A DNA stretch of 64,000 nt, from positions 352,001 through 416,000 of the forward strand of contig CAVQMO010000001.1 of assembly GCA_963713605.1 (NCBI GenBank), read 5' to 3'. The position numbers were made by a program, and so were the translations under genes. Positions 45,066 through 56,833 of the stretch are shown one piece after another. This stretch comes from an uncultured Nitrososphaerales archaeon. Its GTDB lineage: Archaea > Thermoproteota > Nitrososphaeria > Nitrososphaerales > Nitrososphaeraceae. The notes under the pieces are model-generated. The model was given only the letters and a program-made list of their open reading frames with translations, had not been told where the DNA came from and made no database searches. Every line of letters starts with the position of its first letter. Position 1 is the first letter of the stretch.

Positions 45066-45432
45066 TCATGTCGAGTCTCCAATTGAAACTTCATGAAGAT
45101 TGGTGCCATGAGAGATTTACAATAGTAACCGGCGGGATGCTAAATTGACTGTTATCCGTAGATTCTCAATTCGGGGTAGGAGTTAATATCAATGCGCAAA
45201 GTAGTAGAACGAAATTAAGTCGTAGGACATTGAATCCATTGTGAACAAGATCGACATTGTCTATTAATTATATATTAACATACACAGTACATGCAGAGAA
45301 GGAACGACTTTCGGAAAAAAGGAAACCGAATTCTTACTGTAACATTCAAATACATAAGCTGAATCTTGTTGAGATGTTTAAGCAAATGAAGATCTACTCC
45401 TTGAGCAAGATCGAGAAGGATTCTCTTTCTGA

Positions 45433-46439
45433 ATGGGGAATAAGGATATGGATTTAGAGAAGGATGTCAATGTAAATTCTTTACATCAAAAACCCGCGCT
45501 GTCGCCAGAGGTGGTAATAGGAGGGCCATCCTCTTTAGGTCTAGCTACCAATATCTCTAAAACAATGGGTTTGAGCATGATATGTCCTGAAATAAGGGTA
45601 TTTTCTGACGGGGAGAGCAAGATTCGAATTAAGGAGAAATTAGAGAATAAGACTTGTATAATAGTTCAGTCCGCATTCCCTCCACAAGTCGACAGACAAA
45701 TACTACAAACTCTAATGCTGCTGAAGAAATGTGTGGATGATTCTGCAAAGGATATCATTGTAGTTGCACCCTACATGGCTTATGCACGGCAAGATAGTGT
45801 ATTTCTCCAGGGAGAAGCAGTAACTACCGAAATGTTGGCAAATATGTTTGAGATCTTCGGAGCCCGCAATATGGTAACGGTAGACATCCATAGTTTACGA
45901 GCGTTATCATACTTCGAAAAGAGGATGTGTTCAATAAATGTGTCTGCTATACCGCTACTGGCAGCTTACGCAAAGTCCAGACTTGGGATGAATATGAATA
46001 ACTCTATCACAGTATCGCCTGATGAAGGAGGCTTTAAGAGAGCAAAGTCGTTTGCCATTGAGTTAAATAATAATATTACTTGCATGAAGAAAACTAGAGA
46101 TCGAAGCACAGGGGAAATAAAAGTTGATCACTTATCCTCACTAAACGGAGACCGAATTCGAGGACTAGATATCGCGTTAATTGATGATATCGTCAGTACC
46201 CGGAGGTACAATAATCAAGACCGCGGAGATTTTGAAATCAGGTGGTTGTCGAGGAATTACTGTCATGTGCTCTCATGCGTTGATGTCTGAGGAGTCGACT
46301 AAACAAATAAAAGCTGCTGGAGTGGATAGGATAATCACAACAAATTCTGTTCCTAAGATGGAAGCTTTTGGTGCGTTTGTTGAAGCAATAGATCTTAGTC
46401 CAGTAATAGCTCCCTACAATATCAAAGTTATTCTCCTGA
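45433..46439 (+). CDS. prs: Ribose-phosphate pyrophosphokinase (frameshifts near 46200 and 46412)
   Basis: FSDGESKIR, PYMAYARQD, TVDIHS, VSPDEGG and IDDIVST-GGT motifs. Confidence 0.95.
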
Positions 46440-46765
46440 CACCATATGGGGAGAGTCTATTGTGTGTGCTATTCTTAGACTAAATTGGAACCCATGTCAG
46501 TTCCGCTTTTAAGTTAGCTGATCACTTCATTCGGTTGACTCAGCCATTATCTATAACCGATATGGGGGGAGCAGTTGGATCAAAATTCGTATTAACACAG
46601 AAATGGATTTTAAAATCCTTTGGAGGTTGCACAATAGTTTAGATAACATCTCCTCAGAAGAGATGACCCTCTTCATTTGATCTCAAAACCATTAACAAAG
46701 ATAAAGTAATCTCGTTGCGCTTCTATCTTGGCGTGACACACGCAGAAAAAAAAAGATGACTAGAC

Positions 46766-47319
46766 TTATTTTATGACTAGAGCTGCACGTTCAATGAGAT
46801 ACTTGAGGAATTCGCTATCATCTGTCAAAAAATATGAGCCGGATTCAAAACCTAGTTTGGTTGCAAGATTATTTCGCGTTATTCCATCAATAATGAATTC
46901 ATGACTATCATATTCTGGTAACGATTGTAGTGCGTAATAGCGAGCCTTTCGCAAATAACGTCTATTTTTAGAAAATATTACAAAGCAAGTACATTTATCA
47001 GACTTTATACCTGCATGACTTATTGCCTTAGAAATTTGAGTAGTACAAGAAATTCGTAATAACAAGTCAAGGCTCTGGTCGATTAGCCGCCATAATTCCT
47101 CTCTTAAGAGCTTCCAACGTGATCTTTAAAGCCTCTACGACGTGGTCGCAAGCCAAAAATGGCCTCGGTGTTGAGTCCTTGAATGTAGACGCTTTCAAAA
47201 TGATGTCGTATTAGTTCTACTAATTTAGTTCCTTTAACACTTTCCAATTTACCGCAACAAAAGATTGAAACATAGAAATTTGATAATTTGAATTCAGAAT
47301 AAATGTTGCTTCTATTCAA
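46766..47319 (-). CDS. cgi121: KEOPS complex subunit Cgi121 (frameshifted near 47140-47080)
   Basis: IQGLNTEAIFG...DLLLRISCTTQISKAISHAGIK. Confidence 0.75.
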
Positions 47320-47433
47320 TTATGGTTCATCAGAGTTCGTGCGCAGCAAGAGGAATCGGAAGCAATAGCCCTTAACTCTCCAATTCAAGGTCCTCTATAA
47401 TTTTTCTGTAACGTCATGCATCATCTTACATTT

Positions 47434-47691
47434 TCAGCCGCCGCCATGCACTATGCTCACGACGGTTACTTCGTCTCCATCTGTAGCCGATGCGGCTTTC
47501 CCACCTAATATTGAGCAATCTACACCATTTACGGCGATGATCATATTGTCAAAGTTGAGTTTGGCAGGCTCCTCTGCGTTCTTCCTTAGCAAGTCCATTA
47601 TGTAGGACACCTTGACGATAGGTTCCATGATACAAATCGAGTCCTCTCCAATTAATTTCTTGACGCCCCCCAAAAGTCGAACTGTAATCAA
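47434..47691 (-). CDS. MoaD/ThiS/SAMP ubiquitin-like protein
   Basis: ITVRLLGG...IAVNGVD...DGDEV..VSIVHGGG, ending in Gly-Gly. Confidence 0.9.
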   Translation of the reverse strand: MITVRLLGGVKKLIGEDSICIMEPIVKVSYIMDLLRKNAEEPAKLNFDNMIIAVNGVDCSILGGKAASATDGDEVTVVSIVHGGG

Positions 47692-47693
47692 TG

Positions 47694-47954
47694 TTACACG
47701 TTTTCTGTCTCCTTCTCTTCCGAAACCTCGTCCCCAATTTCAATATCTGCGTCGGTATCTGATTCAAGAATCTTCTCTTGAACCTTCTGTTTCCGAAGGT
47801 ACGAGGTTATATATCCTGCCACTCTGTTCCGAAGGACTTTTGATTTCGTAATTGCAATCTCCTGTAGTGCTTTCTTGTTCTTTTCAAAGTCAGGACCAAA
47901 GCGATCCGGATATTTCTCCAACACTATTGTAGAAATTCTCTTTATGCGATCCAT
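47694..47954 (-). CDS. rps17e: 30S ribosomal protein eS17
   Basis: DFEKNKK...SKVLRNRVAGYIT. Confidence 0.96.
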   Translation of the reverse strand: MDRIKRISTIVLEKYPDRFGPDFEKNKKALQEIAITKSKVLRNRVAGYITSYLRKQKVQEKILESDTDADIEIGDEVSEEKETENV

Positions 47955-48119
47955 AAGACAGCAGAGTCTTTAGTTAATTGATAGACTATTTTAGCCTATC
48001 TTCTGATCCCATGACCTGAGACTTGAAGTCTTGGAGATAAAATGTTATTTATCGGGGCATCTAAATCGAGTAGGGCATCCCACATTTCTATTCCTCTCAA
48101 ATCACTTTGCTCTAGCTGC

Positions 48120-48518
48120 TTAATTGCCCTTAATACCAGGCGCAGGTACTTTCGCTTTCACCCTTCTACTAAACTTCTCTCTTTCTATGTCATAATTAAT
48201 TCTTGCAGGTACATACTGACTCAAAGACTGAGCCAAATCGCTTTTTTCATTAACCTTATAGCTTCTACTCTCCCGTCTCTTTCCGATTTCTTCTAGCAGA
48301 TCCTTCTCAACCAACACTGGGATCATTTTTCGTAAAGTGTCTATCGGAATATGTACTAACTGACTAATCTCGTCCAAAGAATAATCAAAGGGTTCGTTGA
48401 TTATCAGAAAATCCAAAACTCTTGCTACTGCGTTGCCAAATATATCTTCGAGTGGTCGAGTTCCCACGTCATTACTTGTGGCGGATTCCAACTTGTGTAT
48501 AAAAATTAAAGAAGTCAA
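48120..48518 (-). CDS. Winged-helix DNA-binding protein
   Basis: IFGNAVARVLDFL...DYSLDEISQ...TLRKMIPVLVEKDLL...YKVN. Confidence 0.8.
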   Translation of the reverse strand: MTSLIFIHKLESATSNDVGTRPLEDIFGNAVARVLDFLIINEPFDYSLDEISQLVHIPIDTLRKMIPVLVEKDLLEEIGKRRESRSYKVNEKSDLAQSLSQYVPARINYDIEREKFSRRVKAKVPAPGIKGN

Positions 48519-48631
48519 TTATTTAAACTTGAGTGAAATGCTAGCTCCTTGTGATTAACACATTACGTTTGATATTTTATGATTAATTTGATTAATTTAA
48601 ATAACAGTATAAGAATTTTTAGATATACTAC

Positions 48632-49363
48632 ATGCTAGTTATCCAAGAATGGCAAAAATGGATATTGAGGCAGTTAATTTGTGAAGGTATTCACAAGAGT
48701 ATTTCTGAAAGTCATTTGTTTAGGGAGGCCGGAAGACATTATGACCCTAATTTTCAAATCGCACTACGTGCCCTTATTGACGAAGGTATCATTATGGTTC
48801 TTGAATCACACCGTCAGAAGAAGTATCTAGTCAATTTCGAGATGATAGAGGTTGCACAAAATGTAATCAACTCGCACTCCAAATTAAACCGAATCAAAGC
48901 AATCCAGCCGTTTATGCCTGAACCGGAGGGCTTCGTCTATTGGTTTGATAACAATCAAGAGGAAAGAAAGTATCGTAGACAAAATATTTACAGATTCTAC
49001 ACAAGCAAGACAGACAGAATGGAATTCGCAGCGCAACTGATAACTCAATCTATGTCACGTTCGAGGACACTATACATGGGTTCTCTCAATAATTCCAGCT
49101 CATATATATATAAGATATGGAGAGCAGCGTTACAGTTATCGGATGAGAGTGAGGATGGAACCTTCATCCTCCAGGATCTTCAGGATAGGGAACGTGTAGC
49201 ATGTGGAAACAATCGACAAAGAGGCAAAATTGGAATCGCCATTTTCAAGAAACTTGGATACATACAGGAGATAAGGACTAAGGGCAACTCGACAAGGTTC
49301 AAAATTAGCGGACGAAAACCATTCTCGGTAACGTTAGATGAAATATTCACATATTCTTCTTAG
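48632..49363 (+). CDS. Hypothetical protein with two probable winged-helix regions
   Basis: ALRALIDEGII...KKYLVN and IFKKLGYIQE...TRFKI patterns. Confidence 0.6.
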   Translation: MLVIQEWQKWILRQLICEGIHKSISESHLFREAGRHYDPNFQIALRALIDEGIIMVLESHRQKKYLVNFEMIEVAQNVINSHSKLNRIKAIQPFMPEPEGFVYWFDNNQEERKYRRQNIYRFYTSKTDRMEFAAQLITQSMSRSRTLYMGSLNNSSSYIYKIWRAALQLSDESEDGTFILQDLQDRERVACGNNRQRGKIGIAIFKKLGYIQEIRTKGNSTRFKISGRKPFSVTLDEIFTYSS

Positions 49364-49422
49364 TATGACTGAGGTTAATAAGAAATTCTAGAACTTTACA
49401 TCCAATTGAGAAGGTAGTCATA

Positions 49423-49978
49423 ATGGTGGAGAAATTAGAAAAGAATCGCATATCACCGGTTCACATGATACATAGAACAAAGGTTCATTCAGGAAATATT
49501 TCATTGAGAATTGACAGATTCACTCTGAATGGTAAGCAGATTGAAAAAGAAATAGTTGAGCATAGTCCTTCAGTGGGAATGATTCCTATAGATCGTAATT
49601 CATATGTCTACCTTGTTAAGCAGTACAGGCATGCAACTGGTAAATGTTTGCTAGAGATACCAGCCGGAAAAATCGAAAAAGGGGAATCACCTGAAAAGGC
49701 GAGCTTATCGGGAGTTAGCGGAAGAAATAGGATATGTGGGAAAATTCTCTCTTTTGACTACTTTTTATCTCGCCCCGGGTTATGATACGGAGTTAATGTA
49801 CCTCTTTGTATGTACTGATTTGAAAAAGGTGCCGCGGGGCAGGCTCGACGACGACGAGAATATTACTATCAAAAAAATGCAAATTGGCACCGCGATTCGC
49901 AAATGCCTAAAAGGAGAAATTCAAGATTGCAAAACTATAGCTGGTCTCCTAGCCTATTCGGCGGATTTAGTGGATTAA
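49423..49978 (+). CDS. NUDIX hydrolase, ADP-ribose pyrophosphatase-like (frameshift near 49702)
   Basis: VKQYRH, LEIPAGKIEKGESPE..A..RELAEEIGY and DCKTIAGL motifs. Confidence 0.92.
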
Positions 49979-50041
49979 AACCAAAAGTGCGTGGATGGAC
50001 CTCAAATTGCCATCAGTGATGGTATTTGTTATTTAAGTCGA

Positions 50042-50356
50042 TCATTTTCTCTTTTCAAAGATATTGTTAATATGGTTAGCCAATTTGAGATCGTGATCGC
50101 TAATGCCATTAACGTCATGAGTCATTAGGTCGATCATAACGGTATTATACACATTAAACCACTCTGGATGGTGATCCATCTTTTCAGCGTGAAGAGCTAC
50201 CTCTGTCATGAAAGTAAATGCCTCGACGAAATTCCTGAACTTGAATGAACGATGAAGCTTGGAGTCCTTAACGGCCCAATCCTTCAAACTGGAAATTGCT
50301 GACTCTATCTCGCTCCCCGAAAGTTTACGGTACCTTTTTTGTTGATCATTTGACAT
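50042..50356 (-). CDS. Pterin-4-alpha-carbinolamine dehydratase
   Basis: [19 protein letters not shown]. Start position uncertain. Confidence 0.95.
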   Translation of the reverse strand: MSNDQQKRYRKLSGSEIESAISSLKDWAVKDSKLHRSFKFRNFVEAFTFMTEVALHAEKMDHHPEWFNVYNTVMIDLMTHDVNGISDHDLKLANHINNIFEKRK

Positions 50357-50571
50357 ACTAGTTAGTGATATTTTCATACTATTAGGGGTTTTTCTTTGCA
50401 GGCCACCTTCCTCCTTCATTGACAATCCACTGTAAATGAATTTTGAATTCAGTAATATCAACATGAATAAAGATAGTTACATGAAGCCATATCCAAAAGC
50501 TGCATTCCATGGAATCCAATATTGGACACTACAGCTAATATTATATCCGACTAAATCCCACATAGATAACC

Positions 50572-51007
50572 GTGAGATTCGTAGACGACGACGGTTCCAT
50601 TATAGTACCAAAGTCCGTCAGACCTATAATTGAATACCCTCCCTCAGAACTTGGCAGCAGATGCGGGGCATTAAAGCAATTCAGGGCTGGAAAACTTCAC
50701 ATAAGAGAATACGATAGCTACTATTCGGTTCATTCTGACAAGATAGACCCCCTAAATGATCCACTTGGTCATCTGATCGTTGATGCTCCAGAATACTTAG
50801 TAGGCATGCTCTCAGGGATCTCGATTTATTCAACTCTAAAAGATAGGTCAGTTAATCGCTCGAAAAAGAACAGCACAAATCCAAATTCATTTTCAGAAAC
50901 CGGCATTAAGGCTGGCCCGTCACCTTACCTTGCAGCGAATATTTGCTGCCTATACCAGCTACGCCCTCACCAAGTCTATAAAAAAGCTGGCCCAGAGGCG
51001 AGGATAA
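50572..51007 (+). CDS. Conserved archaeal hypothetical membrane-associated protein (frameshift near 50940)
   Basis: KQFR.GKLHIREYD.YYSVHSDKIDP..DPLGHLIVDAPE. Confidence 0.7.
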
Positions 51008-51010
51008 ATT

Positions 51011-52660
51011 TTGAAAAAGTTAGAGCAACTAGATCATCAAGATTCCTCTCAGTCCATTACAACGGAAGATGCAGTCTCAAATACGATGGAAACAGCCCCA
51101 AGAGTTTCGAAATTATATCTTCTGAAAGGTACTAATTCAAGCTGATCCCTATATTAATTCATCTCAGGAGGGACCGTCGGGAGTGGGTTAAGCGAGAGGG
51201 TAGGAATATTGATACCAAGAAATATGTAAAACATGCGGAGAGGACTCTTGCCACGTTTATTGCACTAGGTCCTTCATATATCAAACTAGGCCAATGGTTG
51301 TCAACCAGAACTGATGTGCTTCCTCAACCCTATCTCGAAGTCCTGGCAAAACTTCAAGATGATGTACCTCCTTCGGATTTTTCATTGGTTCAGGAGACTG
51401 TAGAAAATGAAATAGGAAAAATTGATCATATCTTCGACAGTTTCAATAAGAAGGCCAAATCTGGAGCTAGCCTTGGGCAGGTCTACTTAGCTCGCTATAA
51501 GGGTCGAGATGTAATCATTAAGGCATCACGACCGAAAATAGAGCAGACAGTCTCAAGAGATATTCTGGTTCTAAAGTCTATACTTCCTTTGGCAACCCGC
51601 TTCATAGATCCCAATTTGAGATATTCTGTTGATGCAATGTTTTCGCAATTTGTCGAAACTATCAGTGAAGAGATGGACTACAGAATTGAAGCAAGAAACC
51701 TTAAGATGATTCGAAGAAACTTAAGTCATGATCCAACGGTAGTAATTCCAGCGCTTATTCCTGAAATAACTTCAAGACACGTTCTCTCTATGGAGTACAT
51801 ACCTGGCACAAAGATAACAGATATTGCCGCGTTGGACGCCATGGGTTTAGATAGGGAAAGGATCGTTTCGAAGGTGCATCGCATATTCTTCAAAATGCTC
51901 CTGAAGGACAGCATTTTTCACGCCGATCCTCACCCGGGAAACATTTCTGTGACATCTGATGGCAAGATCATTCTATATGACTTTGGGATGGTGGGAAGAA
52001 TCGATGATGATACACGTTTGAAACTGGTAAGGTTGTACCTCGGCTTAATTGAAAAAGATCCTGTGCGAGCAGTGAATGTATTAATTGATCTAGGAACATT
52101 GGAACCTTCCGTTAACAGGTACATAGTTGAAAAGGCCTTGGAATTTAGTATTAAATCTCTTCATGGTCAACAGGTTGACAGGATGGAAGTTAAGGCTCTC
52201 GTTGACCTCACCAATAAGACGATGAGCAAATTTCCCTTTAGACTTCCAAAGAATCTAGCACTCTATATGCGGATGAGCTCTATCCTTGAAGGAATATATC
52301 ACCATCACAAAGTCAAATTTCAATTCGTTAAGGTGTTGGCTGATATACTGGCTGAAGAGGGATTGCTAAGAGAAGCATATGTAGAGGAGACTAAAGACTA
52401 CTTCAGGCGGCTTGTAAAGGGAATGGAAAGTACGTATTGGTCTGGCACCGATTTTACGATCATATATTGAAGCGGATCTACACACGAAGGAGATGTCATC
52501 AAGAAGACAATGGCTCACTTCAGCTAGCATTATCGGTTCAGGATTATTCATTGGATCAGCAATATTCATTCACTATAATTTGTTCATGGGATTAGCCGGC
52601 TTAGTAGCTTCAGCGGGAACATTCATAGCAACCTTTGCCATCGCGAGAAGAAAGCGTTAG
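51011..52660 (+). CDS. ABC1/UbiB (AarF) family atypical kinase (frameshifts near 51130 and 52435)
   Basis: LGPSYIKLGQWLSTR, ASLGQVY, EEMDY, FHADPHPGN and YDFGM motifs; two C-terminal TM helices. Confidence 0.93.
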
Positions 52661-52672
52661 TCTCTATTTTAC

Positions 52673-53065
52673 TTACGAAATAGGGATTGTATTGTATCTG
52701 GGAATAGGTATTCGCAACGTAACTACGCCGTCAGCATATGTTGCAGAACCCAGTACTTGGTCCTCCTCTGTAACCTTGATAGGTAACGGAACCTTCTTGT
52801 TGATATGTAGCGGCCTCTGTTGGAAGTAAACCGTACCTACACTTGTATTCACATTGCTTTGCCTTTTTGCATTTATGGAAAGGACATTGTCTAATATTCT
52901 CAACGAGATATCTTGCTTTGAAAATCCCGGAAGGTCGATCAAAACGACTAGGTCAGAGCCATCCTCATGCATATCTAGCGCAGGCATCACGAATTCGAAG
53001 AATTCCCTAGACTTATTTCCAAGCTCTCTCATCAATTCTTTAGCCATATACTGTCCAAATCCCAT
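52673..53065 (-). CDS. Small heat-shock protein (Hsp20)
   Basis: DLPGFSKQDI...ATYADGVVTLRIP. Confidence 0.93.
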   Translation of the reverse strand: MGFGQYMAKELMRELGNKSREFFEFVMPALDMHEDGSDLVVLIDLPGFSKQDISLRILDNVLSINAKRQSNVNTSVGTVYFQQRPLHINKKVPLPIKVTEEDQVLGSATYADGVVTLRIPIPRYNTIPIS

Positions 53066-53190
53066 AATATATGTACTTAGAACATATTGTTATAAATCCT
53101 TTCGCGAAAGGGTAAAAGTCTTTACTGAGGCCTAACGAGAACATTTAAGGCACAAACTATTAATTCATAAATTCAAAAAATGAATATGTC

Positions 53191-54621
53191 TTGGATAGAC
53201 AAGATCTTTTTTCATACATAGATTCTAGAAAGGAAGACCTAATAGCTGACCTTCAGTCACTTATTAGGCAGCGGAGTGTTTCAGCTAGGAAGCAAGGCCT
53301 GGAACAATGTGCTGCTGTCGTGGCAGGAATAATGATAAAAGCCGGCATCAACACAAGGATTCTGAATCTGCCCAAAGACGGTAACCTTGACGACCGGAGC
53401 AGTGCGGCACCATCTATTATCTATGGCGAAGTTAAAACGAAGAGAAAAACAAATAGCCCTTCTAGAACTCTAATGTTTTACAACCATTACGACGTACAAC
53501 CAGAGGATCCTATTGAACTTTGGGAACATGACCCCTACGAGGGTGTTATTGAAGGAGACTATATTTACGGCAGAGGATCATCTGATGACAAAGGAGAACT
53601 AGTTACTCGTATCAAGGCAGTCGAATATTACCTTAAATGCTTTGGTGACGTTCCGTGTAACATAAAGTTTCTCATAGAAGGAGAGGAGGAGATAGGTAGT
53701 GTTCACTTAGGGAAATATTTAGCAAGTTATCATGACGAACTCTCGTGTGATGGGGTCATCTGGGAGTTTGGCTACGTCAATGAACAAAACATCCCGATAA
53801 TAACCCTTGGAATGAAAGGCTTGCTATTTGTAGAGTTAACTGCAGCTGGTCCCAACCGTGATGCTCATTCAAGCCTTGCAGTCTTGATCGAAAATCCTGC
53901 TTGGAAGTTGGTCCAAGCCTTGAACAAACTCACCGATAGCACAGGTAAGATATTGATTACTGACTGGTACGAGGAAGTCAGAGATCTCACTGAGAGTGAA
54001 AAAGCTTTATTACAGACAGAGAGCTTCGATGAAATTCGATTCAAGACAGAATACGGTATCAATTCATTCTTGAACAATGTTCAGGGCATAGAGATCCAGA
54101 AAGCGCTAGTCTCATTGCCCACTTGTAATATTGCTGGGATGATCTCCGGATATACCGGAGAAGGTGCAAAGACCATCATTCCCTCCACGGCGAATGTAAA
54201 AATCGATTTTCGACTCGTGCCGGAAATGGACCCTCTGATTCAATTTGAACGACTCAAGAAATACCTTGCCCAAAATGGATTTGATGAAAGATCCTTGAAG
54301 GTTCGATTCTTGCATGGAGAAGCCGCCTCGCGAACAAATGTCAATGATCCGTTTGTCGATGCTGTAAGTGAGTCTGCACGCGAGGTATATGGGGATGCTA
54401 AGATAAGCGTTTCATCTCCCGCTACGGGGCCAATGGATTCCTTCTCTAAAAATCTTAGCGTGCCATGCATATCCATTGGTAGCACTTTTATTTATTCAAA
54501 AATGCATTCTCCCAACGAATTCGCAAGAACTGATCTGCTTCTTAAAACGACTAAATGCATGTGTGGGATAATGGATAGATTTGCAAGGCAGAATACGATG
54601 ACGGGGAACCACCCAGAATAG
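53191..54621 (+). CDS. M20-family metallopeptidase (ArgE/DapE-like)
   Basis: YNHYDVQP, GRGSSDDKG, EGEEEIGS and MHSPNE motifs. Confidence 0.95.
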   Translation: MDRQDLFSYIDSRKEDLIADLQSLIRQRSVSARKQGLEQCAAVVAGIMIKAGINTRILNLPKDGNLDDRSSAAPSIIYGEVKTKRKTNSPSRTLMFYNHYDVQPEDPIELWEHDPYEGVIEGDYIYGRGSSDDKGELVTRIKAVEYYLKCFGDVPCNIKFLIEGEEEIGSVHLGKYLASYHDELSCDGVIWEFGYVNEQNIPIITLGMKGLLFVELTAAGPNRDAHSSLAVLIENPAWKLVQALNKLTDSTGKILITDWYEEVRDLTESEKALLQTESFDEIRFKTEYGINSFLNNVQGIEIQKALVSLPTCNIAGMISGYTGEGAKTIIPSTANVKIDFRLVPEMDPLIQFERLKKYLAQNGFDERSLKVRFLHGEAASRTNVNDPFVDAVSESAREVYGDAKISVSSPATGPMDSFSKNLSVPCISIGSTFIYSKMHSPNEFARTDLLLKTTKCMCGIMDRFARQNTMTGNHPE

Positions 54622-54743
54622 CTTTTATTCAGGTACCATTTTAAGAGGTGCGGCATGTTCGAACCATAGGCCGTATGAAAAACTGATCTATGAACCCAAT
54701 GAAAGCGCAAGCTTCTTATTCAATATCATTAATTCCAATTCTA

Positions 54744-55121
54744 ATGTCTACAATGAAAATAGCGGTGGTATTGAGTGTATTGTCGGTACTTGTTGGTGGG
54801 TTGTCAATAGGGCCTGCTCTTGTGTATGCCCAGGGTGCGAGCGTCTCGATAGTACCTAATGCATCTACTATGGGAGATAAGGCATTTTCTCCCAATCCTG
54901 CTGAATTGAAGGCCGGAGAATCAGTAACATGGACAAATGATGATAGCCAGATCCATACTGCTACCTCAGGTGCAGTAGGCGCTGAAGATTCAGGTAAGGT
55001 GTTTGATTCAAGTATACTATCTCCAAAAGCCACCTTCGACTTCAAATTCGACCAAGCTGGTGAATACGACTACTATTGTACGTTGCATCCCCAGATGGTA
55101 GGAAAGGTAGTAGTTTCCTAA
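54744..55121 (+). CDS. Secreted blue-copper (plastocyanin/azurin-like) protein
   Basis: Type-1 Cu ligands IHTATSG and YYCTLHPQM; signal peptide. Confidence 0.93.
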   Translation: MSTMKIAVVLSVLSVLVGGLSIGPALVYAQGASVSIVPNASTMGDKAFSPNPAELKAGESVTWTNDDSQIHTATSGAVGAEDSGKVFDSSILSPKATFDFKFDQAGEYDYYCTLHPQMVGKVVVS

Positions 55122-55393
55122 AATCCCTCATTTTTTATTTGAGAACGAACTTGGGACTGCTAGATTTTTAGTATTCGATGACGGGTCTACTATTTAGCAG
55201 AATAATATTTTGAGACAATGCAATCATCATGGAGCAGACACTTGGGTTGAGTATGAAATTAGAGGTTTACATGCAAGTCATCTGAATTAGAATATTGTAA
55301 GAACGATCAACTTAGTCCTCAGATAGACTCGGGGCCTTCTGAGCTAGACATACATCAATTTAAATAAGCAAAAGAAGTTTTCATAGGAACGAA

Positions 55394-55824
55394 ATGATCG
55401 AATATGACCTCCTCTACGAATTCTCAAAGAAGATGCTGAATCTTGACCCGTCGGTAAGGTGGATGGGGATAGCCAATAAATTTGGGTATTTCTGAACGCT
55501 GAGCACCGTGAGGGTTTGGAACAGCTCATGACAGATGAGGAGAACGAAGAATACGCTGCATTAACCGTAACGAGGCATAAGACCAGAATTAAATTCCAAT
55601 CAAAAATAGGTGAACTCAAATATGCTGTTGGGAAGTACGAAAAAATCATACGTGTCACGATTAGGATCAACGAAGACTATTTCCTTCTTCTAACATTAGA
55701 CATAGACGCCAAGGATTATGATTCCATTTTGGTTGACAAGGTGATTCCTCTAGTTAAAGAAAGAAAAAATGAGTTTGTAGATGAGGATCTAGGTGTAGAA
55801 AATGAGAAGACGCAGTCTACCTGA
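55394..55824 (+). CDS. DUF6659-like roadblock-type protein (frameshift near 55486)
   Basis: LDPSVRWMGIANKFG...HREGLEQLMTDEE...IGELKYAVGKYEKI. Confidence 0.75.
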
Positions 55825-55897
55825 TATTTGACTCTGGCTAACGTCCCATGGTTTTGCATGCCAGCTTATCTAATGTGCATGACTTGTGAAAAGGCAG

Positions 55898-56365
55898 TTA
55901 TATCTTGTCCGACTTTGCTAGAAATTCAATTTCAACTACACTCCCAAGAGGCAAACTAGAAACGCCTATCGCCAGGCGGCTGTGTTTTCCTGCGTGACCA
56001 AAAATATCTGCTAACATATCCGACGCAGCATTAATTACCTTTGGTTGATCTGTGAAAGTGGGATCCGAATTAACGTATCCGGAGAGCCGTATGAATTTAC
56101 TGACTCTATCGAGGCCGCCTAGTGCAGTTTTGATGTGCGAAAGAGCATTTAGGGTGCACACTCTTGCTGCGTCTTGAGCAATCTCGATGTTCACAACGCT
56201 AGTCACTTTACCTTTAAAAATTTCTGGAACTGTGCCCGATTGTAATGGAATCTGCCCTGAAACGTAGATCATGTCTCCTTCGATCACGACTGGTACATAT
56301 GACCCCGCTGGTTTTGATGGTGAAGGCAGATCCAAGCCCAATTCTGCGATTCTTTCCTCAATCAT
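55898..56365 (-). CDS. RidA/YjgF-family protein
   Basis: PAGSYVP, YVSGQIP, GKHSRLAIGVSSLP and VEIE motifs. Confidence 0.93.
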   Translation of the reverse strand: MIEERIAELGLDLPSPSKPAGSYVPVVIEGDMIYVSGQIPLQSGTVPEIFKGKVTSVVNIEIAQDAARVCTLNALSHIKTALGGLDRVSKFIRLSGYVNSDPTFTDQPKVINAASDMLADIFGHAGKHSRLAIGVSSLPLGSVVEIEFLAKSDKI

Positions 56366-56493
56366 GCTTAGCTCATCTTTGCAGAGGAGTTTATATTAAT
56401 CGATTCGAGAGGATATATTTTCACCTGAGCACAAATACTCTGAGATCGGTCTCTGCTGTACATTTAAAAATGGTTAATATTTAACGCTCTTTA

Positions 56494-56588
56494 GGGGCTA
56501 TCGTCTAGCTTGGTCTAGGATACCATCTTGGAAACAAGGTATACGCCTGGGGCGCTGGCGGTCGTGGGTTCGAATCCCACTGGCCCCA
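56494..56588 (+). tRNA. tRNA-Pro(GGG) with a 19-nt intron at position 29/30 (56526-56544)
   Basis: Acceptor stem GGGGCTA/TGGCCCC and T-arm GTGGG-TTCGAAT-CCCAC. After splicing the anticodon arm is CCAGC-CTGGGGC-GCTGG. BHB motif at the junctions; CCA is not encoded. Confidence 0.93.
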
Positions 56589-56650
56589 TTGTGTATGTGG
56601 GTTCATACACTTGAAACATAAACTTAGTCTTAATGGAGTGAGTTAAGCCT

Positions 56651-56833
56651 ACGCCGATAAAACTTTCTAGCACAGTGAGTAAGATACACTTAGTACCAAA
56701 TGAAACTAACAGAGAAGTGATTAGAGCGTTCCACCACTATTTGATGGGCAACAACCTTTCAGACCACCACATCAATAACAGACTAAAAGCAGCTATTTCA
56801 TTTGCCAACTATCCTGGAACTGAACAGTCATGA
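56651..56833 (+). pseudogene. N-terminal remnant of a tyrosine integrase-like gene next to the tRNA
   Basis: (ACG)PIKLSSTVSKIHLVPNETNREVIRAFHHYLMGNNLSDHHINNRLKAAISFANY resembles, from recall, the N-terminus of Nitrososphaera integrases. The start codon is lost and the ORF is truncated. Confidence 0.65.
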
